A DNA stretch of 64,000 nt from Octopus bimaculoides (Eukaryota). Under the pieces are notes generated by a model. The model did no database searches and was not told where the DNA came from. It was given only the letters and a program-made list of their open reading frames with translations. Numbering within the stretch: the stretch's first letter is position 1; each line of letters begins with the position of its first letter. The stretch is from NCBI RefSeq assembly GCF_001194135.2, contig NC_068993.1:64097732-64161731 (forward strand), in the 5' to 3' direction. Positions 1 to 12,100 of the stretch are shown in pieces. Position numbers and translations under genes: made by a program.

Positions 1-45
<45 letters not shown>

Positions 46-54
46 CAATATCAT

Positions 55-365
55 GGCTCAGTGTTTAGAGTGCCGAAATCACAATCATGAAGTAGTGACT
101 TCAATTCTTGGCCCAGGCTTGTGTTTGTTTTTGAGCAAGATACTTTATTTCGCGTTGCTCTATTTCACTCAGCTGAGTTGAAATGTCAGGGGTGCCATGC
201 TGTATCAACCTATTCTCTTCCCTTGGATAACATCGGTGGCGTGGAGAGGGGAGGCTGGTATGAACGAGCGACTGCTGGTCTTCCACAAACACCCGTGCCT
301 GGACTTGCGCCACAGAGGGGAACATTCTAGGTGCAATCCCATGGTCAATCATGACCGAGGGGGGG
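55..365 (+). mobile_element. tRNA-derived SINE (family A), degenerate, near full length
   Basis: A-box-like TGGCTCAGTGTTTAG, B-box-like GACTTCAATTC, then TTTTTGAGCAAGATACTTTATTTC; the same head and body recur at 63130-63215. Confidence 0.7.
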
Positions 366-1399
366 AGGCAGTAAAATGTCAATAATTACTTCGTCCAACA
401 ACAGTTTGCTGTAGTATGTTTTATGATGTATTTTAGATATAGTGTGTGATAGATTATCATTTGGCTTCAATTCTTGTTAAAGGCAATAGAAGACAATAGA
501 AATATAAAAGTAATGTGCTTGAGTATTCTGAAGACGTGTAACCTTAATGCAAATGTTAAACCAGGACGCCATTTTCAACTGTGTCAATGATGAATGTCTG
601 AACCCAGCAGAAATTGAGGAAAAAAAAGGAAATCGATTCCTATACGAAGATGATTCATTAGCAATCATCTTGGAAGGAATGGAAAGCAACGTCGACCTAA
701 GTGAAAATTGAAATCGGAACATAAGAAAGCCGGAATAATTACAGTAAGTCATTCTCCTCGGCACTTCTGTCAATGTTCCACCCAAAACATTACGTCACCA
801 AATGGAATTTGAAAGGATTAATAGAAAATTTATTTAATCCAGGTCAATACATGAAACAATACCGAACCCATGACCCCAAATTTCTCTCCTCTGGCAAAGA
901 ATTTTATATAAAATAAAGCTTTTAAATATTAAGTTGAAACAGAAATGACAATATAAGTAACACATAATTTTTAGTACATAAATAACTCATATAACTGTAA
1001 CAGATGCGAAAACCAAACAACTGACAGAATTAAATTATAAAACACAGTGATGAAGAAGTATATAATACAGTCTATCATATTCAGCGTGAGAAAGAAAGAA
1101 AGAAAGTAAAAGAAGCAAAATATTGTAATATTTATCATAAAATATGTTCACTTATGTCGCTGAGAATAAATCTACCACAATTTGCCATCTCACCCCTCCC
1201 ACCAATCCCTGCTCAAACCAGTTCCAATAGGTAAGAATTTGCATCTGTTTTTTAAGGCAACTGATTTTTTTCACTTTCGCAGAAAGGTAAACTTCTAAAA
1301 TATTAGACTCTTTTTCTTCCTCAGGCATCAAAAATATTCTACTGTGAATAATATTTTATTTATTTTCCTGATGCAGAAAATTTATCTATTTATTATTTT

Positions 1400-3560
1400 C
1401 TTGCCAGATTTTGCTATTTTACAGTAAGCTTGGAATATTTTTGTTTGGTTGTTATGAAAGGCATTGTGGTATTTTTGTAAATGTTTACATCATTGATCTT
1501 GAGGAAGAAAAAAAAATCTGTGCCTGTGGTCTTGGTAGATTGTCCGCCAGTAGCAGTAACATCGATGTAGATGAGATTCTTCATCAACGAAAGTAAACGG
1601 CTGCAGGAAATTTATAATACAGGAGAAAAATTACATGTACCTATCTTACAGATATTATTAAGCGTTTCCGTTATTGTCACCAAGTTGTCCTTTACAAAGC
1701 AGACCCTGTATGTAAAGACCTTACATGTTTGTTTTACTACCGCTGTACATTAGCAAATGTTTCCTAGACAATGAGACATTCGTACACAAATGATAGATTG
1801 TAGTGCATTGACCACTCTGAGAAGTAGATGCGCCATTTCTTCTTAAAAGGTAATCTATATTACCTTTCAAGCTTTTGATGTGGACAAATATTGTATATAC
1901 CAAGTAATGACATCAATCCTCCAATATTCTGGTGCAGTATTTAAGCCCGAAGAGAAATGAGCTCCTCTAAGTTTAGATGCTCATAACGCACCATACATTA
2001 TGCATTGAAGTGGAAAGGGCTCTGCAGCCCATTTGGAAACAAGTGGTTTACCTAGCTAGAGGGAGAAAGTTCGCAACGGTGGTGGTGCGGTTTTCGTCCG
2101 AGGCTATGGCCAGGCAGCATGCCGTTACTCCCTTCAAGACGGAAGCGGTGGTCCTTATACCCATTTGCCTGGCAAGACGTGATTCTCGAGTAAGGGCAGA
2201 TGAGATCCCTCCTGAGGTGGATGTTGCCTGGCTGGTAACCACCATCCTACTTGGTATGGAGGACCAGATAGTGGGCCTCCAGACAAAAACTGGCAAGAGC
2301 AGGGCCTGGAAATGGTGATCCAGGCCGCCCCGGTAGATCTAGAAAGGATGGGGGAAACCATTACAGTCGACTTCTTAGTCACTCGATTATATTTTGTCAT
2401 GGTTTTTTTTATGACTAAAATGTATCATATTTCTTTTTACTCTGACAATGACATGGCTGTCGACGTAAACAGCTATTCTTTATGCAAAAACTATGATGTC
2501 AAGAATCCTAGGTGTTATTCAGGATTGCTGTTCAGATCAAACATAATAAACCATAATATTTCCTTCTTTGTTTGGCAGACAATTTCATTATCTCCAACTG
2601 GGTTACTCTTATCCTCTAAATCTATTGAGTAATCAGTTCAGCATGTCTTTCTTGACACATGAATATATTGCTGTTCTGTACGACGAGATATGCTGAAACC
2701 AAAGCATTAATATCTTCACAAAATCCTGGGCTCAGAAAAGTGTTGCTTACCAACGGCGTCTGCTGCATACAGTGCATGGAAATCAAGTCACTACTTTTCT
2801 CTGGATAATATGCTAGTCTATCTATGTATTGAACAGCTGAAATCTGTTGTTATATCTAGCTTGGTACATTGAACTGCTTGCAGGAGGATATAAAAGCATG
2901 ACACTCTGGTTCGACATCCCCTCTACTCATTTCTATGGCCTCTGCATAAAACACAGTTTGTGATACATTGAAACGGGAAAAAGAAGTACGCAGTTTTACT
3001 TTGCAGCAAGAGCTGAAGAAAATACTGTGATATCAATGTGACACTTCAAAAATAGTTTCGATTCTCGGTCAAGGATGCTTCACATGCTTAATTGATTCTA
3101 AAGAGACAAAACTCTCACATTCTACCGGGTTCATCTTGCTTCCATGTATAGCAGAGGTAGCAGAAAAATATTAGCTCCAAAGCCACCTTCACTCCATATT
3201 CAGTTTATGTAAACAAAAATGTTCTCTTTAGATTATTGTAGTGCAAGATAAAAGCTCCCAAAAAAGCAACTTGGTGATATCCTTTCAATTCTTAGTTGAT
3301 ATAGCATAGTCTCTTTACATTACTGAGGAATCATTGCAAATCTCCATAATCATATTCAGGTATAATTTAGTTTGCCTATCTATATTGGAAAATATAATCT
3401 CAAAAACAGAGGCCACATTGAAATCACTTGTACCTGCACATTATCTGTAGATTATGGTAGCCATTGATTTAAATTTTATTCAACAGAATTCAAAGAACGA
3501 ATGATGTATTTCGAAACGAATTTAACCTGAAGTTAATACTTTAGTTCCCTATCGCATTTG
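1400..3560 (-). pseudogene. Probable decayed hAT-superfamily transposase (ZMYM1/DUF4371-like), interrupted by a LINE fragment
   Basis: Manual minus-strand translation across stops and frameshifts gives motif-like remnants in hAT order: KN*KDITKLL, LFLKCHIDITVF, NVPS*I*QQISAV, EKSSDLIS, ELITQ*I, LLCLI*TAILNNT, QSKKKYDTF. These resemble ..WK.., LK.IID...F, S..IQNDLI, DETSD.S, KLVAQ.YD, VHC.AH.LNL. Not confirmed by alignment. Confidence 0.4.
1950..2385 (+). mobile_element. Non-LTR retrotransposon ORF1/gag-like fragment
   Basis: GC-richer block; ORF 1977-2318 (YLARGRKFATVVVRFSSE...EIPPEVDVAWLVTTIL) continues by frameshift into MVIQAAPVDLERMGETITVD. Recognised from memory as a repeated cephalopod retroelement ORF1 type. 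Confidence 0.5.
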
Positions 3561-3864
3561 TTTTTCAAAACTCATCAATTGTGTTTATGCATTGAAGCCC
3601 ATCTTTCATATTTTTTTTTATCTGAATCAGCAGATATAAATCCATTCTTTTCATCTCATTCTATTTCATTCTGTGGAACAATCGTTCCATGCTGCCAGCT
3701 TTGTCACTGATGCTGTGCAGTGTTCATACTGTTTGTTATAAACTATCGAACACTCTATTCCATTCGCCTAATCCAGACAAATTCAAAAGCAGAGACTCAA
3801 TTGAAAAATCAAATCGAAAGATTTACCTTTGAAACAAATGCTGAAAAGAGACAGCGTGGAAACC

Positions 3865-3915
3865 TCTACGTGGTCGTATGACCTGCTGAAAATGACAGCA
3901 ACATTCTCTTTACTC
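3865..3915 (+). repeat. Short interspersed-repeat fragment (family E)
   Basis: GTGGTCGTATGACCTGCTGAAAATGACAGC resembles GTGGTCGTTTGACCTGTTAGAAATAGCAGC at 51079; a reverse-strand piece lies at ~10705-10740. Confidence 0.5.
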
Positions 3916-4669
3916 ACATTTTACCTCTTAAAAGATGAACGAATTTCTAGTTAGAAAACATGGGATGGTCACACTTGGAACGACTTGTATCGTAGCTCTG
4001 TCTTATCAAAGGTAAACTGATTTGAGTAAGAAGAATTCTGCTGAGAGATAACTCAATGATACTGATTCTACGTTTCTTTTGTCTGGTCTCGCCAGAAAGC
4101 TTGCAGACATACAGTAAACAGTGATAGCAACACAGTGTATTGAGGCAGTCCTCATAAGTCCTCATATGATATTCCACACAATTATCCATTGTATGAAACA
4201 GCAAGGAAACATTTCTGTGATTGCTTGACCAGCTAGAATTAATAGCCAAATCTGTGTGAAATGCTATCCTAACGTCTTTGAAGCATTCAAAAACCTTATG
4301 AATAATATAGTAAACGAACAGCAAGAAACTTCATACAAGCAATAATAAATTTCATAGATAGGAATGTCCTGTCTGCCACCCTACTTTCTTCACAATTCCA
4401 CTCTAGAACACGTGCGGGATTGTGAATAAAGCAAAGATAAGAAATTTTGCTGCTATTTATTGTCTAAACCGAGCTCAGTCAAAAAGAGGAGGCAGTCATA
4501 TGATAAAAGGTACTCCAGTTTTGGAGAGGCGTTTAGGTGTACATATCTAATACCTTTCTTGTATTAGAATGTATTAGATATTATTTCAGGCAGTAGGATA
4601 TGATATGAGGACAATTTACTTCTATTGCTTGTCTGTTAGATATATCATTTTCAACTTTATCAATATATA

Positions 4670-4775
4670 TATATATGATGGGCTCCAACACAGTCTCCGT
4701 ATATGAAATTCATTCACAATTTGTTGGCCCGGGGCAACAGTAGAAGACATTCAAAGTGCCACGCAATGAGACAGG
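4670..4775 (-). mobile_element. SINE remnant (family B, central/3' part)
   Basis: Reverse complement reads ...GCGTGGCACTTTGAATGTCTTCTACTGTTGCCCCGGGCCAAC...GGAGACTGTGTTGGAGCCCATC, then (AT)n; related head at 43225-43295. Confidence 0.55.
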
Positions 4776-4933
4776 GCCCTGTAACTGTCATTGCTATAAT
4801 CTGTTTCCCTATCATGTGTATTATTATACATTATCCTCTGCAAGGTCACTCCACTTGCTTGAAAGATTATTATTATTAAACATTTTTTTCTGCATAGAGA
4901 GCGAGATTGGTTTCAGGGCTCAAATATAGTGGA

Positions 4934-5083
<150 letters not shown>

Positions 5084-5641
5084 CATCGTTATGATCTTTG
5101 GGCTAGTCCAATCTTTAAAATAAAAAATAAAACAGCTTTGTTTTACTTGTCTTATGTTTATCAATCCGTTGACTCTTTGCACTCTGTTTGCCGCCATTTT
5201 CTTAACCTGTTTTCACTTCTGCACACTCTCTTTCCAACCCTTCGTCTGTGTCCCTATGTCTGTTTGACTTTGTCTCCCTTATTAGTTTCGGCTATGCGCG
5301 TTTTGTGTTCAAATCCTGTTGGGGTTACCTTTGCTTTTCACCATTCTGCATTCCATAAGTAATGGAACCAGTCACCTACTGAGTCAATAATTCTGTCTCA
5401 ATCTCTTCTTGGTCTCTCTGTCTTTCGCTCACATCCTCCCACTCCATTATAATGTTTAAGGTGCATATTAAAAAGGATCGTTGAAAACTATTCTTAGTGC
5501 CCTTTTCCCTATGAATTTGGAGGTTCGAGGTAGGTGCAAGCAACATTCTCACATCTCGCAAGCAACGAAATAATCCAAAACGCAAATCAACGGACCGATA
5601 GGCTTTACAGCATAAACTTTCAAGTAACAACAACAACGAAC

Positions 5642-5642
5642 T

Positions 5643-5685
<43 letters not shown>
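5642..5685. repeat. (CTA)n microsatellite
   Basis: Direct. Confidence 0.97.
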
Positions 5686-6146
5686 AAGTTGTTTAAAATA
5701 TGTGCAATGACAAAAAGCTAACTACGCAAGGACTATTATAAGAGCAACTATATTGTAGGATCCTATGGTGTCAGAATAAGCAATGGCAGACGTTATAATT
5801 GTATTAGAGAAGCCTTTACAAGTAAGAATTGGCAATAAAACAAACGGAATTAAATAAAATCTCAGTGGAGTGAAGATTGGAGGATATTGCATTACATAGG
5901 ATTTTAGTGTCGCTCGTTCGGATAATGCTCATTCCATTATACATAATATTATGTTGAACTAATAAGCAGAAATATACGAGTCAGGCAAATATTTCACAGA
6001 CCGCATGTGTTCGTAGTGAAGACAATTATACATAAAGAGCACTCCAATACAGATACACGCACGCGCATGTGCTCATCAAATACATGCATATCCATATACA
6101 TATATATGCGTATATACATATATAGATGCATATATATATATATGTA

Positions 6147-6865
6147 NNNNNNNNNNNNNNNNNNNNNNNNNNNNNNNNNNNNNNNNNNNNNNNNNNNNNN
6201 NNNNNNNNNNNNNNNNNNNNNNNNNNNNNNNNNNNNNNNNNNNNNNNNNNNNNNNNNNNNNNNNNNNNNNNNNNNNNNNNNNNNNNNNNNNNNNNNNNNN
6301 NNNNNNNNNNNNNNNNNNNNNNNNNNNNNNNNNNNNNNNNNNNNNNNNNNNNNNNNNNNNNNNNNNNNNNNNNNNNNNNNNNNNNNNNNNNNNNNNNNNN
6401 NNNNNNNNNNNNNNNNNNNNNNNNNNNNNNNNNNNNNNNNNNNNNNNNNNNNNNNNNNNNNNNNNNNNNNNNNNNNNNNNNNNNNNNNNNNNNNNNNNNN
6501 NNNNNNNNNNNNNNNNNNNNNNNNNNNNNNNNNNNNNNNNNNNNNNNNNNNNNNNNNNNNNNNNNNNNNNNNNNNNNNNNNNNNNNNNNNNNNNNNNNNN
6601 NNNNNNNNNNNNNNNNNNNNNNNNNNNNNNNNNNNNNNNNNNNNNNNNNNNNNNNNNNNNNNNNNNNNNNNNNNNNNNNNNNNNNNNNNNNNNNNNNNNN
6701 NNNNNNNNNNNNNNNNNNNNNNNNNNNNNNNNNNNNNNNNNNNNNNNNNNNNNNNNNNNNNNNNNNNNNNNNNNNNNNNNNNNNNNNNNNNNNNNNNNNN
6801 NNNNNNNNNNNNNNNNNNNNNNNNNNNNNNNNNNNNNNNNNNNNNNNNNNNNNNNNNNNNNNNNN
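6147..6865. other. Assembly gap (first of ~14 N runs)
   Basis: Other N runs start near 20571, 21370, 23909, 25973, 31197, 33602, 34203, 35397, 38952, 46361, 50060, 51505 and 61944; most are flanked by (TA)n. Confidence 0.99.
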
Positions 6866-7836
6866 TATATATATATATGCAAAAGTCAGGGAATGGAGTA
6901 GATAAAATCCAGGCTACATATGCTTTAGAGGTAGCAGAACCACGGAAGTTGTAATTATCCGAAAGGAGGGGTAGACTGCAAGCTATTCTTCAGGCCAATA
7001 ATACTTTGATTGTATGAAGCTTACATTGTCGCTAGGAGATGCCGTGTTAATCGCATACGTATACACAGAAACACATATACATATATACATATGTGTGCAT
7101 ACTGTATGCATACACAACATACACACCTATGAAACTAAACATACAGATATATGCATATAGACATATATACTTACGCACACACACATACTTCATACACATT
7201 CTCTCTTTCACAAACACACATATCTATATATCTTCTTATATAAAATAGACCCCTGTGTATGTGTATTCGCTTTTCAGGCGGAAATGGCTGCGCGAATTGT
7301 ATCCATTCTTGGGATGCATGAATAATTCGGCCTCGGATACATAATAGGGTCTTTAGGTTATTTTTTATTGACAATAACTAATATTGTTAGAAAGGTTTCT
7401 CATGTTAACTTCTGGTATTGACGTAGCAACGGCGAAATATTCCGTATTCATTTGCGAAATCTCTCACTTTCTATTATAATGTTTTATTTTAAGTTTTAAT
7501 TCGCTATTTGCGAATTGAACCCACACACTTCGTTAATTTCCGTTAAAAGATTATATTTATTTACTTTTTGCGCACCTTGTTCAGCTCTGTGTATTTGTAG
7601 TCAGTAACACACGTACACGTATGTTTTTGTATGTACGTTTGTATACATTTATGTATGTGTGTGTGTTTGTATGTGTGTATGTGTGAGAGAGAGACAGAGA
7701 GAGGGTGAAGGGGTCTGTTATCATGAATACGTACATACGTAAATACATATATTCATACATCGTTTTTGTATGTACGTGTGCGCATGTGTGTGTGAGACAG
7801 AGAGTGTCACACAAACTGATGTCTAAGTGGCATTCA

Positions 7837-7867
<31 letters not shown>

Positions 7868-7997
7868 GCGCACACAAACATACATACAAACAATGTATGC
7901 ATACATATTTATGTATTTGCATATACATGAAAACACATCACTACACTCACTTTCTCTCTCTCTCACACACACGTCCATTTCAGTTGATGTTTGATAC

Positions 7998-8001
<4 letters not shown>

Positions 8002-8072
<71 letters not shown>
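8002..8072. repeat. (GT)n microsatellite
   Basis: Direct. Confidence 0.98.
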
Positions 8073-8074
<2 letters not shown>

Positions 8075-8169
8075 ACGTGTGCGTGCGTGCGGCGTTCCCC
8101 AATCGCCATTTATTTCAATCATTCTTGTGAAGATAATCACGTAACTCATCTTTTCATTTAATCCCCATT

Positions 8170-8800
8170 TTAATTTTGAAAAACCTTCCGAAGATGTCGA
8201 TGATCAATATTCTACAGTGAAGCAAAGACGAGTACAGGTAGCCAGAGTCAATGTTAACTCTGTTAACTCTATTAAGTGTGTTTGCAAATATACAAACAAT
8301 GGTCTAGATGCTGCAACATGCACTCTTATGCAGAATGGAAGTCAGCAGATAAATAAACATGACGAAGTTACACAGTATGACAGAGGAAGACACATCAGTA
8401 GCAATGAAGCATTTTGGCGCTTCTTCAATTTTCTCTTTCATGAAGTGCATCCAGCCATCATTCATCTGAGTGCCCATCTAGAGAATGGCCACAGGGTTAT
8501 CTTTACAAATGAAACAGCCTTGCAACAAGCACTTTCTCCCCCCAAAACTATCCTTACTGCCCTTTTTAAGTTGTGTCAAGTAGATGAAGATCCAATAAAA
8601 CTTCTTTATTCACAATTACCCAAGAATCACATGTGGGGAAACAATAAATGGCACAAGAGGAAATGTGGGGCTGATGCTCTTGCAAGAGTTTACAGTGTGA
8701 ACCCAAGCCAAGCAGAATGCTACTACTTACAGCTCCTTTTTCCTGAATTACATAGGTCCGAAATCATTCCAAGATTCAAGGAGGGTAGACAGTCATGCAA
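8170..8800 (+). mobile_element. Helitron Rep/helicase fragment (C-terminal part of Rep domain), decayed
   Basis: ORF 8217-8900 contains NSIKCVCKYTNNGLD, DEVTQYDRGRHISSNEAFWR, HPAIIHLSAHLENGHRVIF, PPKTILTALFKLC and LARVYSVNPSQAECYYLQLL; a shifted frame gives GPKSFQD. These match Helitron consensus motifs (SIKY..KY..KG.D, RYISS.EA.WR, HL.VHLENGQRV.F, GPTSF). Confidence 0.9.
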
Positions 8801-8809
8801 GAAAGTTCC

Positions 8810-9140
8810 TCAGAAAACAAAAGCCTACGTATCTGGTACGAGCAAATCTTCCGTCTCCCGCTTGATCATCCTACCAGGGCTTTACTCTCATTCGACATAG
8901 CAGCTACTGGCTGGAAGAGTCCTCGTGGCAGCCCCTGCAACAGATGGTTAGACGTGATTAAAGAAGATCTCCAGAGAGGCTCGATCTCACCTGAGATGCC
9001 GAGGAGATGGCACAGGACTGTCAGTGAGGGAGAGCACTGGTGAACTTGGTTGGGTCTACGCATGAGGACACCTCTAGCACCACTAACCTGGGATGACTCT
9101 ACCCCCATCAAGAAAGAACATGAAGCAAGCAAGGAAGCTC
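8810..9140 (+). mobile_element. LINE (probably RTE-like) 3' end fragment
   Basis: IWYEQIFRLPLDHPTRALL...WKSPRGSPCNRWLDVIKEDL matches the C-terminal region of endonuclease-RT ORFs (W.GH..R...W.RPRGRP..RW.D.I..DL); ends in a short CAAG-type tail. Confidence 0.75.
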
Positions 9141-12100
9141 TACTGCCAGTGAAATTTATTGGTATATCCTGGCCTATATGTTAGAGACTACTTCTGTTTA
9201 GTATTAAAGACTTTAAAGAACAGTTTTCAGTAATAAATTCAAATTTATTCTAAATTTATTCAAATTTAGTCCCAAGAAACAATCACACCGTCAACCATTC
9301 ATCAATAAATATCACACTATTTCTTATTTCTTTCTCCAGTTACACATCAGTCTTCATACTCCACCAGCCTTTAATAGAAACATTGTTGAGTTATTCGACG
9401 GACTCGTATCGATCTACCTACCTACCCACTTATCTACATACATATTTATCTACCTACATATTTATCAATATATCTGTTCGTCTATATACCCGTATTTCTT
9501 TATTTCTTTACTTTATTTATCTATTTATTTATCTATTGCAGCAGAAGCTTAAAAAGCAATTTTTGCACTCGATATGTATTATTTATTCAATATATTTACT
9601 TAACTTCCCCCTCTTCGTCATATTAAAATCTTCATAAATCTGGAACCTAGAAGATTAAGTAAGATTAACGCATTGCTAATTGGATCACAGTTAACCGACT
9701 TGGAAGGTTACCTGTCTTCTGGCTGGTGGACAAACGGCTAACATTGTATAAAATACAGTGAGTAATTTGGGTATGAAAAAAAAATGTGTTTTAAATAGAT
9801 GGATATCCTGAATATGAAGTCGGTGATGTATTAATTACTATTTATTTTAAGGAGTGAATAATAAGGTCAACATACACTGAAAAAGTGGGTGGATTGGACG
9901 AGGTTTGATTGGGCGTTGTTCAGAGATGTTTGTAGTTGTGCTTGAAGAAACAGGATTTATATCTCAAATCTCGTTACGGACAGAATATTTAAGTTAACAG
10001 GATATTACATATCACCGGAGAAAATGCTGGGTGCTATCCATTGTCTCAGTACATTTTAAGGATAAATATCATCGTATTTAAATTTTTAACTAGGAATTCG
10101 TTGCAGATCATTTGTAATTTTAATTTATTTATTTTTCTCGCTCTTACCGTCTCTCTTTCTCCTACTTTTCCCCTCTTTCTTCTCGAAGAAGAACAAAATG
10201 TAACGAAGGCAATGTAATCAAATAAGATTAAGAGAAGAATCCAAATATCGATATCGAAACACGATAAGTGATTGGACAGAGATATATTAGCAACAAAAAA
10301 TTATCGTTATCTCTTACTCAAGTAGAAAGGTTTTATGGAAACTTCTTGCAGATTTGTAGTCTGATTAAAAGAAAAGGCACCAAAGAAATTGGCCTGCGAC
10401 AATATTAAACTATTTTTATATTCAGATTTCGCTCGAGCAATGCATATTACTCAATGGTAAATTGTAATAGTCGAGTATAAGTAGGTATAAATATAGAATC
10501 TGTTGCAGATAATTAATTTCGGTTAATATAAAGCTTGTATTCCTAAATATATATTCAATACAGTTGTTCGATATATTATCCCTAATTCAGTTCTGGTGAA
10601 ATTCTCTAATCAAACATATGACCTACAGATACTCCAGTCGTGACCAAGTCATTTTCTCTTATTTCACAGGCATTGTATCTACGGTCACATTTTGATAAGG
10701 TATTGTTTGAGGGATATTTGGTTGCTATTTCTAACAGCCTGTCACCACATAAAGCCTTCCGCATTAGTTAGTCAACAATATATCAGTTCGGGTATAAAAC
10801 AGATTCTCATATTTCAAAAAACACAAAGAAGCTTAACATTGTTTAATATAAATAATTTCTTAGAAGAATATATTGTTTTTATATTTACACACGATAGTAT
10901 TAGAGATAGGTTATTGTTTTTTTTTCAATTTGTATTTTCTATATCATATATGTACGCTAAAATATATTGCTACGTAAATATGTACAGATTATGATATATA
11001 AATTTTTGTCGGAATGATATTATTTCTAAATTTCCATTATTAACAGTTGTTAGGAAGATTTTGCTAACTGAAAAGTTACGAAGAGGAGAAGAAGAAAGCA
11101 TTCATGTTCTGCATATGACATCCATTAATTTAGAATCGTTTGTCATTCTGGTAATTGTTTCAAAGAAATAACGCTTGCAGTCATATATCAAATTAACATA
11201 AGAATAAGAATGATAAATATCAACTGGTTTGGGAAATGTTGGACATTGGTAAGACTCGATAAGCATGAGAGAAAGTGAATATGTTAACCGTGTATTTATG
11301 GAAATGGTAGACAATATCGAACTGGTCGTTTCCTGTAACGAAACGTTAATGATAGCTAGAATGGAATGATTTCAAATTCTTGTGTTCCTACGGTAACTAG
11401 TTTTCAAATTCGAAGCTAATTGTATTGTTTCTTTTCGTGGGAATATATAAAAGTGCTTGACAGGAGGATCACAATGTGATGCGTACGTGAGACAAATATC
11501 TTATAAATCTTTTACTCATTTGGGCGTTGCATATTTAAAGAAAATAGATTAATTGCTTTAATCGGAAAAGGGTAAACTTTCTAAAGAAAGATGAAAATAT
11601 AAATGATGATTAGTGGAATAGAGACGGTGTTTCAGTAACATCTATTTTGTTAAAATCGGAAGGATGAAAATATAAATTTTGTAGTGAGTGTCAGACCAGA
11701 AATAAACAGACAAATGTTTATCAAAAGATATATTCAATCAATTATCAGAAAACTGGCTGTGACCAGAGTTGATCTCCGTCAAATCAACCAAAACAGCAAA
11801 ATAATTCTACTGTTACATCTTGTCCACAGGACATTGGTATTTGGTTGCTAGATACAGCAGCCACGGCCCAATAAATTACAACTTGCTGGCTTAATAGGCG
11901 AATAACATAATATATAATGCAGTCCTGTTTACATAAACATACTGGATGATTTAGAACGTTCTTGGTCACAAATCTACTCAATTGCCATATCAATGAAAAA
12001 TCATACGCTATTTAATTACATTGTACTAAAACAGGTTTTACAACAGGTCTGACCAAATAATTTTCATCTACGTTTGCTGCTGTGGCTCTCCTTGTTTTAA

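Noticed and set aside
560-710. Acidic peptide DAIFNCVNDECLNPAEIEE...DLSEN* after a possible AG
   Set aside because: Weak acceptor, no recognisable family and no partner exon.
1600-1640. TGEKLH resembling a C2H2 zinc-finger linker; LDRE at ~3060 resembling a cadherin motif
   Set aside because: No flanking Cys/His or cadherin motifs; the region fits a decayed hAT element better.
6007-6954. Long ORFs over N gaps and microsatellites (here and near 21231, 23892, 31133, 33922, 49752, 51416, 60093)
   Set aside because: They are open only because of Ns or stop-free repeats (YI, HT, RE, SFFL, poly-I/L/Y); no coding signal.
10670-10699. 30-nt microexon candidate ALYLRSHFDK (SH3-start-like)
   Set aside because: Weak donor, the downstream sequence is a repeat fragment, and no continuing exon was found.
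11830-11900. WYLVARY (lipocalin-like) or WLLDTAAT (copia protease-like) after an acceptor
   Set aside because: Both frames stop within ~20 codons with no usable donor, and the sequence resembles repeat family E.
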